From: a bacterium
GTDB lineage: Bacteria; Patescibacteriota; Microgenomatia; Curtissbacterales; GWA2-41-24
Direction of reading: 5' to 3'
Length of the DNA stretch: 64,000 nt
Assembly (NCBI GenBank): GCA_021813945.1
Contig: JAKAJD010000001.1
Coordinates: 270,742 to 334,741, forward strand
The notes below the pieces were generated by a model. The model worked only from the letters and a program-made list of their open reading frames with translations, had not been told where the DNA came from and ran no database searches. Below are positions 28,198 through 38,016 of the stretch, piece by piece (position 1 is the first letter of the stretch; every line of letters begins with the position of its first letter). The position numbers and the translations under genes are program-made.

Positions 28198-28268
28198 CTG
28201 CGGGACTAGGATTCGAACCTAGATAAACGGATCCAAAGTCCGTTGTCCTACCATTAGACGATCCCGCA
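28198..28268 (-). tRNA. tRNA-Gln(TTG)
   Basis: Reverse-strand cloverleaf, anticodon arm ACGGA-CTTTGGA-TCCGT. Confidence 0.95.
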
Positions 28269-28339
28269 ATGTATGTGTAATTTTAACAAAAATTCAACAA
28301 ATTGATCCAGTTTTAATAAATATTGCTATAATACGCCCA

Positions 28340-28816
28340 ATGGGAAATCCAGGCGGAAGCAAGGAAGCCGAACAATCGCCCTCAAGAGAAGCCTTTCAAG
28401 TAACTCCAATCGCCTATATGATTCTTAGGCGCGGAAACCGGATTCTGATTCTCAAGAGGGCCAAAACCGGCATGTTCAGTCTCCCTGCTGGCCACATGGA
28501 GGATGGTGAACGTTCGCTGGAAACAGCCGTAAGGGAAGTTGAAGAAGAAATCGGCGTAAAAGTTGAGCCCAGCCAAGCAAAGTTTGTTCATGTAGGACAC
28601 TTTAAAGATCCTATTGGCGAGCGGGTTGCATTTTTCTATGAGTGCGCTAGCTGGACAGGGGAACCCCAACTTATGGAACCTCATATCCACGACGAAACCC
28701 GTTGGGCGCTTATAGATAATTTGCCGGAAAACATGCAACCTTATGTTAGACGGTCCTTGGAAAACATCGCCCTGCAAAAACCTCTCACAGAATACGGTTG
28801 GGACCAAAGTTCTTAA
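28340..28816 (+). CDS. NUDIX hydrolase
   Basis: GHMEDGE...TAVREVEEEIG Nudix box. Confidence 0.95.
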   Translation: MGNPGGSKEAEQSPSREAFQVTPIAYMILRRGNRILILKRAKTGMFSLPAGHMEDGERSLETAVREVEEEIGVKVEPSQAKFVHVGHFKDPIGERVAFFYECASWTGEPQLMEPHIHDETRWALIDNLPENMQPYVRRSLENIALQKPLTEYGWDQSS

Positions 28817-28853
28817 AGGTTTTCAGCTATACACCCTGCTATAATTACGCCTC

Positions 28854-29762
28854 ATGAGCGTAGAAAGATTCAAGCTCTCTCAAATGAGATTAAGGACTCA
28901 TGAAGCCTACAATCGCGCCAAGGAAAGAGATCAGCAATTTTTAGGCGATGATCCACGGCATCTTGATCCATGGGATTATCGTGGAGACAGAGGTGTTGAT
29001 GATTATTCCAAGTACTTACCCCAATTCGAAGGAAAAACTTTCGTAGAGCATATTTCCGAAAAAAATCAACAAGGTGCCGAAGTAACAGTATTAGATATAG
29101 GATGTGGACAAGGAATAACGCTAGCCCAATTGCAGCAGCGCTTTCCGGCAATAAAAACTTACGGAATCTCCGCAACAGACATGAGACAAGACAACGTACC
29201 GGAAGATCTAAGAAGCTTTGTGGATCAGATAGATTACAGGGTAGGCGATATACATCACTTGAGGAAATTTTTTAAAGACGAGCGATTTGACATAATAGTT
29301 TCACTTAGAACATTTGTTCACCTAGGAGATCCGCTGAGTGTTTTAAAACAGAGCTATGCTTTGCTTAAAAGAAATGGTGTCGCTTTTCTGGATGAACCCG
29401 GCATATGGCTTGAAATGGCAGATGCTCCCACCTTACGAAATATATGGCAAGCGGATGGCGCAAATCCGGAGTTTGACGGTTTTTTAGGAAGTACTCTTGA
29501 TCTCTTTGGAGCAAATGGGTTAACCCCAACAAGGTCAAATGTTTTCTGTAGCAGCCATCTTGCGATTCGAAAGGAATCGGATAACCCACACCTCTCTATG
29601 CCCTTTGTCCACGCATTCCCAAAAACACCAAATTTCGAAAACTTACAGCCTTACGATTTCCAACCACCGAACACAAAAGATACCAAGCCCGTAAGCCGCC
29701 AAGTAAGGCGTCATCTCGAAAGGCAACAGCGCAAAAAAGACCGCAAACATAAAATACGTTAG
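28854..29762 (+). CDS. Class I SAM-dependent methyltransferase
   Basis: VLDIGCGQG, FDIIVS and LLKRNG motifs; paralog of 57156-57875. Confidence 0.9.
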   Translation: MSVERFKLSQMRLRTHEAYNRAKERDQQFLGDDPRHLDPWDYRGDRGVDDYSKYLPQFEGKTFVEHISEKNQQGAEVTVLDIGCGQGITLAQLQQRFPAIKTYGISATDMRQDNVPEDLRSFVDQIDYRVGDIHHLRKFFKDERFDIIVSLRTFVHLGDPLSVLKQSYALLKRNGVAFLDEPGIWLEMADAPTLRNIWQADGANPEFDGFLGSTLDLFGANGLTPTRSNVFCSSHLAIRKESDNPHLSMPFVHAFPKTPNFENLQPYDFQPPNTKDTKPVSRQVRRHLERQQRKKDRKHKIR

Positions 29763-29928
29763 AGTCGGTAATTCAAAAAATTAGGAAGTCTTTTTGAAAA
29801 TTTGTCTAACCCGAGCAATTTGCGCCCAAAAATGTTATCATAGGTAAGTCTTAAGTAGGTGAAGTTTAAAGTTTTCTCCAAAAACTCCTAAATCTAATCT
29901 CATTTAAGTTCGAAGGAAAGGAGGTTTT

Positions 29929-30234
29929 ATGGCAAAAAGATTATTTGTTGGTAGTCTCTCTTATAGTACTACACAATCCCAGCTTGAAGATTTATTTTCA
30001 CAAGTCGGGAAAATTGCGAGCCTTAATTTGATAATTGATAAATTCTCAGGCAGAAGCAAAGGGTTTGCTTTTGTGGAATTTGCAACAGACGGCGAAGCAG
30101 ATGAGGCTATCAAAAAATTTAACAATTTTGAACTGGATGGCAGAAAATTGGTAGTCAACGAAGCACGTCCTCAAGAGGACAGGCCAAATCGGCAAAACGG
30201 TAGGGGTAATTTCCAAAGATCCAAGAGTTGGTAG
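29929..30234 (+). CDS. RRM (RNP-1) RNA-binding protein
   Basis: LFVGSL (RNP2) and KGFAFVEF (RNP1); strong AGGAGG SD. Confidence 0.95.
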   Translation: MAKRLFVGSLSYSTTQSQLEDLFSQVGKIASLNLIIDKFSGRSKGFAFVEFATDGEADEAIKKFNNFELDGRKLVVNEARPQEDRPNRQNGRGNFQRSKSW

Positions 30235-30238
30235 AAAA

Positions 30239-30508
30239 ATGCAAAAAGACGAAGGCTATTCAAAATGTATACGCTGCGGCAAGACGCGCATCCTTTTAAA
30301 AAGGTGGAAGGATCACGGTGTAACCGGTAAGGGCAACGTGGTTCATCATGAGCAAACTGTTTGCCCGGATAGCGAGTGCCAAAAGATTGTAGATGAAAAG
30401 TTCCAAGCGATGAGAGACATCAAAGCTAAAGCCGAAGAACGTAAAAAGGCAGTACTCGAAAGCAAACTAATGGCTAAAAAGCCTGTGTCCACAAGCGCCA
30501 AAGCTTAA
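30239..30508 (+). CDS. Small zinc-ribbon protein
   Basis: CIRC...CPDSEC. Confidence 0.7.
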   Translation: MQKDEGYSKCIRCGKTRILLKRWKDHGVTGKGNVVHHEQTVCPDSECQKIVDEKFQAMRDIKAKAEERKKAVLESKLMAKKPVSTSAKA

Positions 30509-30542
30509 CAAACAGCCAAAAAGTTGCTAGACTTAACGCAAT

Positions 30543-30977
30543 TTGCAAAGCATTTTAAAAATTCTAACCAAATATGCCCTCCACATCGCGCTAATCCAAG
30601 CTTGGCTGGCAAGTCTTGGCAGCTTATTTTATTCACAAATAGTTGGCCTTGTACCTTGCCACCTCTGCTGGTACCAAAGAATCCTGATGTATCCTTTGGT
30701 TATTATTCTTCCAATTGCGCTGCTTCGCAAAGATAAAGGCGTCGCTTATTACGTTTTACCATTGTCTGTAATCGGCACACTCATAGCCTTTTATCAGTAT
30801 CTCTTGCAAATGACCCCGCTTAAAGCCGCCGAGCTAACCAAATGTGATCTCGTAAATCCCTGCAGTAAAATCGACGCCATTTACTTTGGGTTTATAACCA
30901 TTCCATTCATGTCGCTTTTGGCCTTTTTAGTTATTTCTTTTATGATGTTTCTTCTGATAAAATCTAAAAAACAGTAA
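30543..30977 (+). CDS. dsbB: Disulfide bond formation protein B (BdbC-like)
   Basis: PCHLCWYQRILMYP; second Cys pair; four TM segments. Confidence 0.9.
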   Translation: MQSILKILTKYALHIALIQAWLASLGSLFYSQIVGLVPCHLCWYQRILMYPLVIILPIALLRKDKGVAYYVLPLSVIGTLIAFYQYLLQMTPLKAAELTKCDLVNPCSKIDAIYFGFITIPFMSLLAFLVISFMMFLLIKSKKQ

Positions 30978-31663
30978 TGGGCGGCGAGAAAAAATTCATA
31001 ATCGGCATAGGGGTTTTAACGGTAATAATCGTTGTAGCCGGCGCGATGCTGCTCGGGAAACAAAAACCTCCTGAAGCCCAAAATACAGACAAAATAGACG
31101 AAGCATTGCTTCTCAAGGATCCCAAAAACGGAATCGGAGATCCCAATGCACCTGTTCAAATCGTTGAATTTGGAGATTACCAATGCCCGGCTTGTGAAGC
31201 CGCTTACCCGATAATGAAAGACCTAGTTTCAAAAAACCAAAACAAAGTCTATTTCGTATTTAGGAATTTTCCCCTAAGTGTTCACCCTAATTCCCAAATT
31301 ACCTCAAAAGCGGCAGAAGCAGCAGCTCTTCAAGGCAAATTTTGGGAAATGCACGACATTCTCTACGAAAAACAAAAGGAATGGGCAACTTCTCAAAACC
31401 CCAAAGACCTTATCGACGGATATGCAAAGTCAATTGGCCTTGACATCGACAAATTTAATGGTGATCTAGACAAAGTCACAGGTCAAGTCAACAGCGATTA
31501 TGATCTTGGAAACAAGTATGGTGTCAATTCTACACCGACCTTTTTCATAAACGGCATCAAATATCCGGGTGTACAGCAAGAAGGCCAACTGCAACAGTTG
31601 ATAGATCAACTCAGTCAGGACAAAACTGGTTCGCCGCAATCCGCATCACCTTCTGCAAAATAA
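30977..31663 (+). CDS. dsbA: DsbA family thiol-disulfide oxidoreductase
   Basis: EFGDYQCPAC and GVNSTPTFFING. Confidence 0.9.
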   Translation: MGGEKKFIIGIGVLTVIIVVAGAMLLGKQKPPEAQNTDKIDEALLLKDPKNGIGDPNAPVQIVEFGDYQCPACEAAYPIMKDLVSKNQNKVYFVFRNFPLSVHPNSQITSKAAEAAALQGKFWEMHDILYEKQKEWATSQNPKDLIDGYAKSIGLDIDKFNGDLDKVTGQVNSDYDLGNKYGVNSTPTFFINGIKYPGVQQEGQLQQLIDQLSQDKTGSPQSASPSAK

Positions 31664-31703
31664 CTTGACAGAAACCACTGCCGTCAAGTTTAATCAAAAG
31701 TCA

Positions 31704-32582
31704 ATGAAATTTACGAAAATAACAATCACCGCTTCTGTTTTTCTTATTTTAATAATGGGTGTGGTTTATTTTGCCAAAAATGCAAGAACGACTGAAAAAG
31801 CTCCAGTAATTCAAGTATTAAGCGCTCACGAAGCTAATTCAACACCACGGGAGGCCTCAAAAAGCCCAAGTCCTAGCAGGGAAGCTACAAGCAGTTTTGT
31901 CCCAACACTAGCCTCTGGCTATTGCCTCAACGTACCAGTTTTAATGTACCACCATATAGAACCCTCTACCCAAGCGAAAGCTGAGGGTCATTCAAGCCTC
32001 AATGTTGATTCCGGCATTTTCGCCTCACAAATGGCCTATCTTTCATCAAAAGGCTACAACACCATAACAGCTGATGACCTTGTTAACGCTCTAAAAAGGC
32101 AAGGCACAATTCCTTCAAAAAGCATTGTTTTAACTTTTGATGATGGGTACAGTGATTTTTATACATATGCTTTTCCGGTAATCAAGCAATACAACTTTAA
32201 AGCAAACCTCATGATCCCCACCGGGCTAATTCAAAATAACGGGTACATGACTTGGGGTCAGCTCCAAGAAATTTCCTCAAGTGGCAGCAAAATCTACAAT
32301 CATACCTGGTCTCACGCATCACTTGGGGGAGCAACAATCGATAAAATTACCTACGAAATTTCAACGGCAAACAAGCAAATATCCCAATACCTGGGTTACA
32401 CTCCGGATATCTTCACCTATCCTTACGGATCGGAAGGGTCGACTGTCATAAATTATCTCGTCTCCCAAGGGTTCCGTGGAGCCTTTTCTGAAATTCCCGG
32501 CACCTACCAATGCGATTCTTATCTTATGACCTTACACCGAACCAGAATAGGCAATTCACAGCTTTCAGCATACGGTATCTAA
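31704..32582 (+). CDS. Polysaccharide deacetylase (CE4)
   Basis: PVLMYH, LTFDDG, NHTWSH and FTYPYG motifs. Confidence 0.9.
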   Translation: MKFTKITITASVFLILIMGVVYFAKNARTTEKAPVIQVLSAHEANSTPREASKSPSPSREATSSFVPTLASGYCLNVPVLMYHHIEPSTQAKAEGHSSLNVDSGIFASQMAYLSSKGYNTITADDLVNALKRQGTIPSKSIVLTFDDGYSDFYTYAFPVIKQYNFKANLMIPTGLIQNNGYMTWGQLQEISSSGSKIYNHTWSHASLGGATIDKITYEISTANKQISQYLGYTPDIFTYPYGSEGSTVINYLVSQGFRGAFSEIPGTYQCDSYLMTLHRTRIGNSQLSAYGI

Positions 32583-32854
32583 TACTTCAGAAAAACTCGA
32601 CCCACAACATCGGATCGCTTAAGCTCGTAAACCTTTTTTGCCAATGATTTATTGTCAGAAACAGTAGTAACTTTTTCGCCGTTCAGCTTGCTAACTCTTT
32701 TTATAAGATGATTTGAGTCGCCTTTAAACACCACAACACTGCCTTTTTGGATTTTTCCCCAATTGAAAGTAATAACCCTATCAAATTCCCGAAAAACAGG
32801 TTCCATGCTATGATCTCTAACAATAAAAATTGAGAGGGGGAATTTAAACTTCAC
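32579..32854 (-). CDS. sodX: NiSOD maturation protease (S26-like)
   Basis: SMEP and LIKRV motifs; in the same run as sodN. Confidence 0.8.
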   Translation of the reverse strand: MKFKFPLSIFIVRDHSMEPVFREFDRVITFNWGKIQKGSVVVFKGDSNHLIKRVSKLNGEKVTTVSDNKSLAKKVYELKRSDVVGRVFLKY

Positions 32855-33110
32855 TAGTAGTTAAAACTCGTGGAGCACCGATATGTCCAACCACCAAGCG
32901 TCTACGCTCTTGAGGATCTATTTTTTCAATCCTTTCATGAAAATTATCCTCTGTTGATTCTACGATTACCGTTTCACCGTACAAAACGCCTATCCAAGTT
33001 CCCAGGGGATACATTTCTGAGGCAATTATTCCGTCCAGTACTTTTTGGTCTGAATCGTGTTTTTCAATTTCGCGTCCTATGATGTCATGTACTTCTTTTC
33101 CATGACTCAT
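32844..33110 (-). CDS. Small hypothetical protein between sodN and sodX
   Basis: Overlaps both neighbours; Y..G.WI.V motif. Confidence 0.55.
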   Translation of the reverse strand: MSHGKEVHDIIGREIEKHDSDQKVLDGIIASEMYPLGTWIGVLYGETVIVESTEDNFHERIEKIDPQERRRLVVGHIGAPRVLTTSEV

Positions 33111-33544
33111 TTCTTTGCCCCTGCCTTTACTTTATTAAACATTTCGGTTATTTCGTCAACAGCAGTTTTAAGATCTTGGGCAGCATTCATATCAACAGAT
33201 TGCTTATTGGTAGAGCAAAGTTTTGTTGCTTTCCAAAATTTATCGTGAAGGTCCGGAAAGATTTCCAAATGCTCCGGCTTAAAAAAATCCGTCCACAAAA
33301 TCAAAAGCTCTTCTTTGCAGCGCCTGGCATGCTCCTCTTTGGTCCAAACTGCTCTTACAAACAAATTCCTATCACCAACAGTCGCATTTTCCTTTGGCAG
33401 CCCTTCTATCTTTTCGACCATTTTCAAAACGGTTTCTGCAGCAATCTGCGCCGGTTTGGGGTCGTAAATCCCGCACGGTACATCACAATGAGCAAACGCT
33501 GTTTCTATTGGGAAAAATCGGTCAAAAAATCTAAGTATCTTCAT
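33107..33544 (-). CDS. sodN: Nickel superoxide dismutase precursor
   Basis: Ni-hook HCDVPCGIYDP after a short leader; KEEL.ILWTDFFKP. Confidence 0.95.
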   Translation of the reverse strand: MKILRFFDRFFPIETAFAHCDVPCGIYDPKPAQIAAETVLKMVEKIEGLPKENATVGDRNLFVRAVWTKEEHARRCKEELLILWTDFFKPEHLEIFPDLHDKFWKATKLCSTNKQSVDMNAAQDLKTAVDEITEMFNKVKAGAKK

Positions 33545-33604
33545 GTCGAAGGATTATTATAACAGACAAAACAAGAGTCTATATTGTTAACAGTATTATT
33601 AACA

Positions 33605-33652
33605 AAGGTCAGGCCTTAAGTCAGGCCGGTTCAACGAAGAAGACCTGACCTT
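33605..33652. repeat. 48-bp REPIN-like inverted repeat pair, copy 1
   Basis: AAGGTCAGGCCTT-N22-AAGACCTGACCTT; same layout as 57998-58045. Confidence 0.65.
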
Positions 33653-33690
33653 GGGATAAAAAATGGGGAAACTCACAACTAGCCTGCCGT

Positions 33691-34383
33691 CTACGCCTGC
33701 ACGAACTTTAGCAGATATTTCTTGCTCAGCTCAATACCGCTTTGTGGGAGAATTTTAACTTTTTCAGCATAGGTCAAGACGTTATTAAGAAGGATAAAGT
33801 TTGCACTTATTCCAAGAGCAAATATTGACCTTTCCAAAATAACTACAGGAATAAGCGTGTTCCAGTATAAAGGTGTAGTTTTAAAAGCCCAAATCCATAA
33901 AGCACCGCCTACAGAGTGCGACGAAAATGTCGCAAACAGTGAATTTGCGAAAAGCGATTTTTTTCTAAAAAGCGAAGCTGCAAGTGGAATCATCCAAAGA
34001 AACGTAAAATACCAAACAGCACGACCAACAGGATTTAAAAGAAACAGCAAAATCGAAGCGGCAGGCAACACCAAAGCCCACTTATCCTTGCGGGAAAAGG
34101 CAAAAACCCCAGCCCCCATCGAAACTAGTCTGCTCGTTGCCAAAAGCGCCAAAATTGAAACAGTACTAAGAGATGAAAATCCGTGCAAGAAAAGATTGGC
34201 TATCTGCATTGCAAAAACAGCTACGAATCCAAAAGTCGTGCCCAAAAACGCTCCGGAAACCGGGTAAAACATATCAAAAAAAGTTAATTTGGCACGAGTT
34301 CCAACTAACGTGTTAACCGGAAGCTGCAGAAGTAAAAAGCCCAAAGCTGCAAAGATTAAAATGTAAAGAAGTTTATTTTTCAT
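33691..34383 (-). CDS. Multi-pass membrane protein, possible ECF transporter S-component
   Basis: About 6-7 TM segments; P..GAFLG..G pattern. Confidence 0.5.
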   Translation of the reverse strand: MKNKLLYILIFAALGFLLLQLPVNTLVGTRAKLTFFDMFYPVSGAFLGTTFGFVAVFAMQIANLFLHGFSSLSTVSILALLATSRLVSMGAGVFAFSRKDKWALVLPAASILLFLLNPVGRAVWYFTFLWMIPLAASLFRKKSLFANSLFATFSSHSVGGALWIWAFKTTPLYWNTLIPVVILERSIFALGISANFILLNNVLTYAEKVKILPQSGIELSKKYLLKFVQA

Positions 34384-35105
34384 ACAATGCCTGGAACAAA
34401 TCCACCCGCTACTTCGATATTAGCTCCATTTATATAATATGCATCTGGAGAAATCAAGAACCGAATAGCGCTTACTACATCATTAGGCATCGCCGTGCGC
34501 TTCATTGGGAATTCTCTTGTATTAAAAATGTCCGTCTCCAGTGAGGCCGGAGAAACCATATTCACATGAATTCCGTGTTTTGCTTCCTCAAAAGCCATCG
34601 TTTTTGTCAAAACGTAAATGGCATTCTTCCCTAAGAAATAGGGTATAGATTTATGGCGAATTATGGATCTTTCAGCACCTACTGACCCAATGTTTATCAC
34701 ATGTCCAAATTTCTGATTTCTCATAATTTCAAACGCGGCCCGTGAACAGTATAAGGTGGAATAAACGTTCGATTCGACAATATCACGAAATTCAGCATTG
34801 GTGGTTTTTGAAAACTCCTTGAATAAGAAATTTCCAACATTATTTACAAGAACATCAAGTCGTCCAAACTCACGTCTGATTCTGGAAAAAATTTCCTCCA
34901 CATCCTTTTCGTTAGTCAAATCTCCACTAACAATAATCGATTTGGAAATTTTGTTAATTTCCAAAGCTATTTTTTCGGCTTCTTTCTTGCTTGATCTATA
35001 GTGGACGGCAACACTAAAGCCATCCTTAGCAAGCTCCAGCGCGATATCTCTACCCAAACCTTTTGCAGAACCGGTAACTAATGCAACTTTTCCCATAGAT
35101 TGCAT
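34380..35105 (-). CDS. Short-chain dehydrogenase/reductase (SDR)
   Basis: TGSAKGLG, NNVG and YxxxK (YFLGK). Confidence 0.9.
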   Translation of the reverse strand: MQSMGKVALVTGSAKGLGRDIALELAKDGFSVAVHYRSSKKEAEKIALEINKISKSIIVSGDLTNEKDVEEIFSRIRREFGRLDVLVNNVGNFLFKEFSKTTNAEFRDIVESNVYSTLYCSRAAFEIMRNQKFGHVINIGSVGAERSIIRHKSIPYFLGKNAIYVLTKTMAFEEAKHGIHVNMVSPASLETDIFNTREFPMKRTAMPNDVVSAIRFLISPDAYYINGANIEVAGGFVPGIV

Positions 35106-35153
35106 ATTAAACCAGATTTTGACTTCTTCTACAATTTAAACTAATCTAAAAAT

Positions 35154-35705
35154 GTGCCTGACAAATTGAAATTATTGCTTGTTGCAATAATTACCGTACT
35201 AGCCATTCTGGCAGCACTATTTTTCACTCAAAATAAAAAGGCTCAAAACTCAAAAGGGTCACAAGTCCCTGTCTCCGCTTCGCAAGCTGCAAAACCAATG
35301 ACCTTGGAAGACATCCAAACTTCAATTAGCGAAAACTTTAACTCCAAAAACTTCGCAAAAATGGAAGAAATTATGCAAAAACCAAATGTCCAGGTAACAA
35401 TCCAGTCTACCGAATGCTGTTCATCTGTTACATCGAGCCAGGCATCAAGCATGCTATCCTACGTCCAAAAAGGAATTCCGATGGATTTCAACCAAAAAAA
35501 CCCAACAATTGTCACACTCAAATCAAAGCACCCAGAGCTTAAAAGTGCCTACGTTGGGATTTCCAAAAACGACACTCAGCTGGTTGCTTTTTCCTTAAAT
35601 AAAAATAGCGAAATATCTGCAATAACGATGGCCGTTAGCTGGAAAATATTTGACTTCAGCGCACAACAGCCTTCACCGAGTCCAACCAGCTCAAGTCACC
35701 TTTAG
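35154..35705 (+). CDS. Membrane-anchored hypothetical protein
   Basis: N-terminal TM helix. Confidence 0.6.
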   Translation: MPDKLKLLLVAIITVLAILAALFFTQNKKAQNSKGSQVPVSASQAAKPMTLEDIQTSISENFNSKNFAKMEEIMQKPNVQVTIQSTECCSSVTSSQASSMLSYVQKGIPMDFNQKNPTIVTLKSKHPELKSAYVGISKNDTQLVAFSLNKNSEISAITMAVSWKIFDFSAQQPSPSPTSSSHL

Positions 35706-36753
35706 ATTTTCTGTATTCCCAAAACTCAGCACCCCATAAGCCCACGGATTTTACTCTGGAATCAACCAAGTATTTATTGGCGCGACCTATGTCCGATGCG
35801 CTGAAGGCTTCCTCTTTGTCGGCATCCGCAAGCACCCTAATATAGGGCTCCGCCTGCATTTCCAGAACCCATAAATCGTGTTTATTCAAGTTCTCGTCAT
35901 GCGCTAGATTGAAAAAGTTAGGTGAAAGAAAAAGCCAAGACTGAACTGGCCAACTGAAGGACCTTGGCCACGGCGCCTTAAAAGTTCTTCCAAACAAATC
36001 AAAGGAGAATAGATATGTTCCTTGAGTCTTAAAATAAGCATTTACACCGATAACATCGTTGCCCCCAAGAAGCGCAACCAGACCTTTCCATCTTCCATCC
36101 AAAGCCGCCGGACCTACGTGGTTTAAAATAATTGGTCTGCCATATGGGTCTGCTTTTCTAACAGCAGACATTTCCATAAGCAGCACGCTTTTGTCTATTT
36201 TCCAATTATTGACATTGGCCAAAAATGGTTCGTTTTCAACTTGCCAATAAGCGATATTGTCATAAGAAGAAAGCTCACTAACTACCATTTTATCGACGTT
36301 AACTAAATCGGGGACAATTGGGTTTGCGCTATCAATAACTTGTCCAAATTTTAGTTTCCTGGCTTCTTCGCTTGGCAGGTGGAATTCTGGGTAATAAGGA
36401 GTTTTTGCACCTAGCGCTACGATAACCTTTATATCGCGTTTTTTTGCCTGTTCAACTGCAAATCTAAGATCCTCAAAATCATTGGTGAAAACCCAGTTGC
36501 CGGAATCTCGCCTAACCATACTGTCCCAAAAAAACGGCAGCCTGACCCATTTAAAGTGGGCACTGTCCAAAAGGTCGATGTAGGCTTTTCTGGAATCAAG
36601 TCCGAACCATCCTGCACGCTCAAAACTGTAAGAAAAACCATAATCTGGCTTAAAGCCTTCAGCTAAATTTCTAGAAGGAAATGGAGATAAAAACGCATAA
36701 GAAATGTATAAAAATAAAATAACAAAAAGTGTAATAATAATGCGCTTTGCCAT
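35656..36753 (-). CDS. Clan GH-A-like glycoside hydrolase
   Basis: VRLP..W, WQVENEP (acid/base) and EMQAEP. Confidence 0.75.
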   Translation of the reverse strand: MAKRIIITLFVILFLYISYAFLSPFPSRNLAEGFKPDYGFSYSFERAGWFGLDSRKAYIDLLDSAHFKWVRLPFFWDSMVRRDSGNWVFTNDFEDLRFAVEQAKKRDIKVIVALGAKTPYYPEFHLPSEEARKLKFGQVIDSANPIVPDLVNVDKMVVSELSSYDNIAYWQVENEPFLANVNNWKIDKSVLLMEMSAVRKADPYGRPIILNHVGPAALDGRWKGLVALLGGNDVIGVNAYFKTQGTYLFSFDLFGRTFKAPWPRSFSWPVQSWLFLSPNFFNLAHDENLNKHDLWVLEMQAEPYIRVLADADKEEAFSASDIGRANKYLVDSRVKSVGLWGAEFWEYRKSKGDLSWLDSVKAVVR

Positions 36754-37794
36754 TTAGCTTTTCAAATACTTATCAAAAAAATCTACAGATCTTTTCATTG
36801 CAACTTCAAATGAAGGGGCAGAAATATTGTGGTCTGCACCCTGATATTTGTAAAATTCCACAGTTTTTCCGGAAGCTTTCATCTTATCGTAAAGCTTTTG
36901 CGAAAAGTCTGGCGGGACTTCTTCATCTGCTTCTCCAGCGTGTAGTTGGACCGGAGCTGTAATTAATTCCAAATGAAAAGTCGGGTCAATTGCATCCCAA
37001 AAAGTTGGGTTGCTTTGCGGTGTGCCAAATTGTTTTATCAAATCCGATCTACTTCTGTTTCTAAGCGCTAGCTCTCTTTGGGAAGGCTGGTAAGCAACCC
37101 TTCTTTGCCACTTATTCATTAAGTCATCATATGAACCGACAACCCCACCCCAAATCACGGCTGCCTTAATATCCGGCGAAACCTCTAAGTCCCGAAGCGT
37201 AATATTTCCTCCCATTGAATGCCCCCACATGCCGACCTTTACCGGATTTGCATCCTTATATTTTTTAATTGAAGAGATAGCGTTTAAAACATCAGTTGCA
37301 TAAGCAGGGGAGTAATATGCACCTTCCGGTTGTCCTTCCGAATTTCCATTCCCTCGGTAATCCGGCTTTAAAACAATATAGCCATCTCTGGCAAATGCGT
37401 TAACGTAGGCAACATACCTTTCTGTCGGTTTATAAATTTCAGGTGGAATATAGCCATGATTGAAAATGATAACCGGCCAACCGCCCTCCGGTTTATTACC
37501 TGAAGGAACAGTCAAAAGACCATAAATCTTCAACCCGTCGGATTTGTAAGATGCAATATATTGATGATAATTCTCTCCTTCTGATAACGTTTCCTCAATC
37601 ACAATATCGCTGCCTGGATAATCCTTTGACCGCATCACATTAATGGCTAGAGGGTTATCAACAACAGGCGACGGGGAAGCTTTAGGCAAATTTGGAATCT
37701 TATAATTAATGTTGTTTCGATTTAAAAGAAAAAAGGTACCCAAAAGCACAGCCATCAGCAAAACAGCGACAACAATCCATTTGTTTTTCATCAC
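36754..37794 (-). CDS. Alpha/beta hydrolase (S9 peptidase-like)
   Basis: GHSMGG, D.EVP and DHN triad. Confidence 0.9.
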   Translation of the reverse strand: MMKNKWIVVAVLLMAVLLGTFFLLNRNNINYKIPNLPKASPSPVVDNPLAINVMRSKDYPGSDIVIEETLSEGENYHQYIASYKSDGLKIYGLLTVPSGNKPEGGWPVIIFNHGYIPPEIYKPTERYVAYVNAFARDGYIVLKPDYRGNGNSEGQPEGAYYSPAYATDVLNAISSIKKYKDANPVKVGMWGHSMGGNITLRDLEVSPDIKAAVIWGGVVGSYDDLMNKWQRRVAYQPSQRELALRNRSRSDLIKQFGTPQSNPTFWDAIDPTFHLELITAPVQLHAGEADEEVPPDFSQKLYDKMKASGKTVEFYKYQGADHNISAPSFEVAMKRSVDFFDKYLKS

Positions 37795-37834
37795 AAAAAT
37801 TATATCAGTAAAAATATGCTAAAATTCCTCTTGC

Positions 37835-37917
37835 GCCGAAGTGGCGGAATGGCAGACGCGCAGCGTTCAGGACGCTGTGGGCATTTGCCCGTGGAGGTTC
37901 GACTCCTCTCTTCGGCA
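37835..37917 (+). tRNA. tRNA-Leu(CAG)
   Basis: Cloverleaf, CAGCG-TTCAGGA-CGCTG. Confidence 0.95.
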
Positions 37918-37929
37918 CAAAAGTGGCGA

Positions 37930-38011
37930 GCGGTCGTGGCGGAATTGGTATACGCGTACGCTTGAGGTGCGTATCCCGCAAGGGTTGGAGGTTCGAGTCC
38001 TCTCGACCGCA
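37930..38011 (+). tRNA. tRNA-Leu(GAG)
   Basis: Cloverleaf, TACGC-TTGAGGT-GCGTA. Confidence 0.95.
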
Positions 38012-38016
38012 CAGAG

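Noticed and set aside
33605-33652. SRP (4.5S) RNA, suggested by GGTCAGG
   Set aside because: It lacks the CAGGUCCGGAAGGAAGCAG domain IV; the sequence fits the repeat doublet instead
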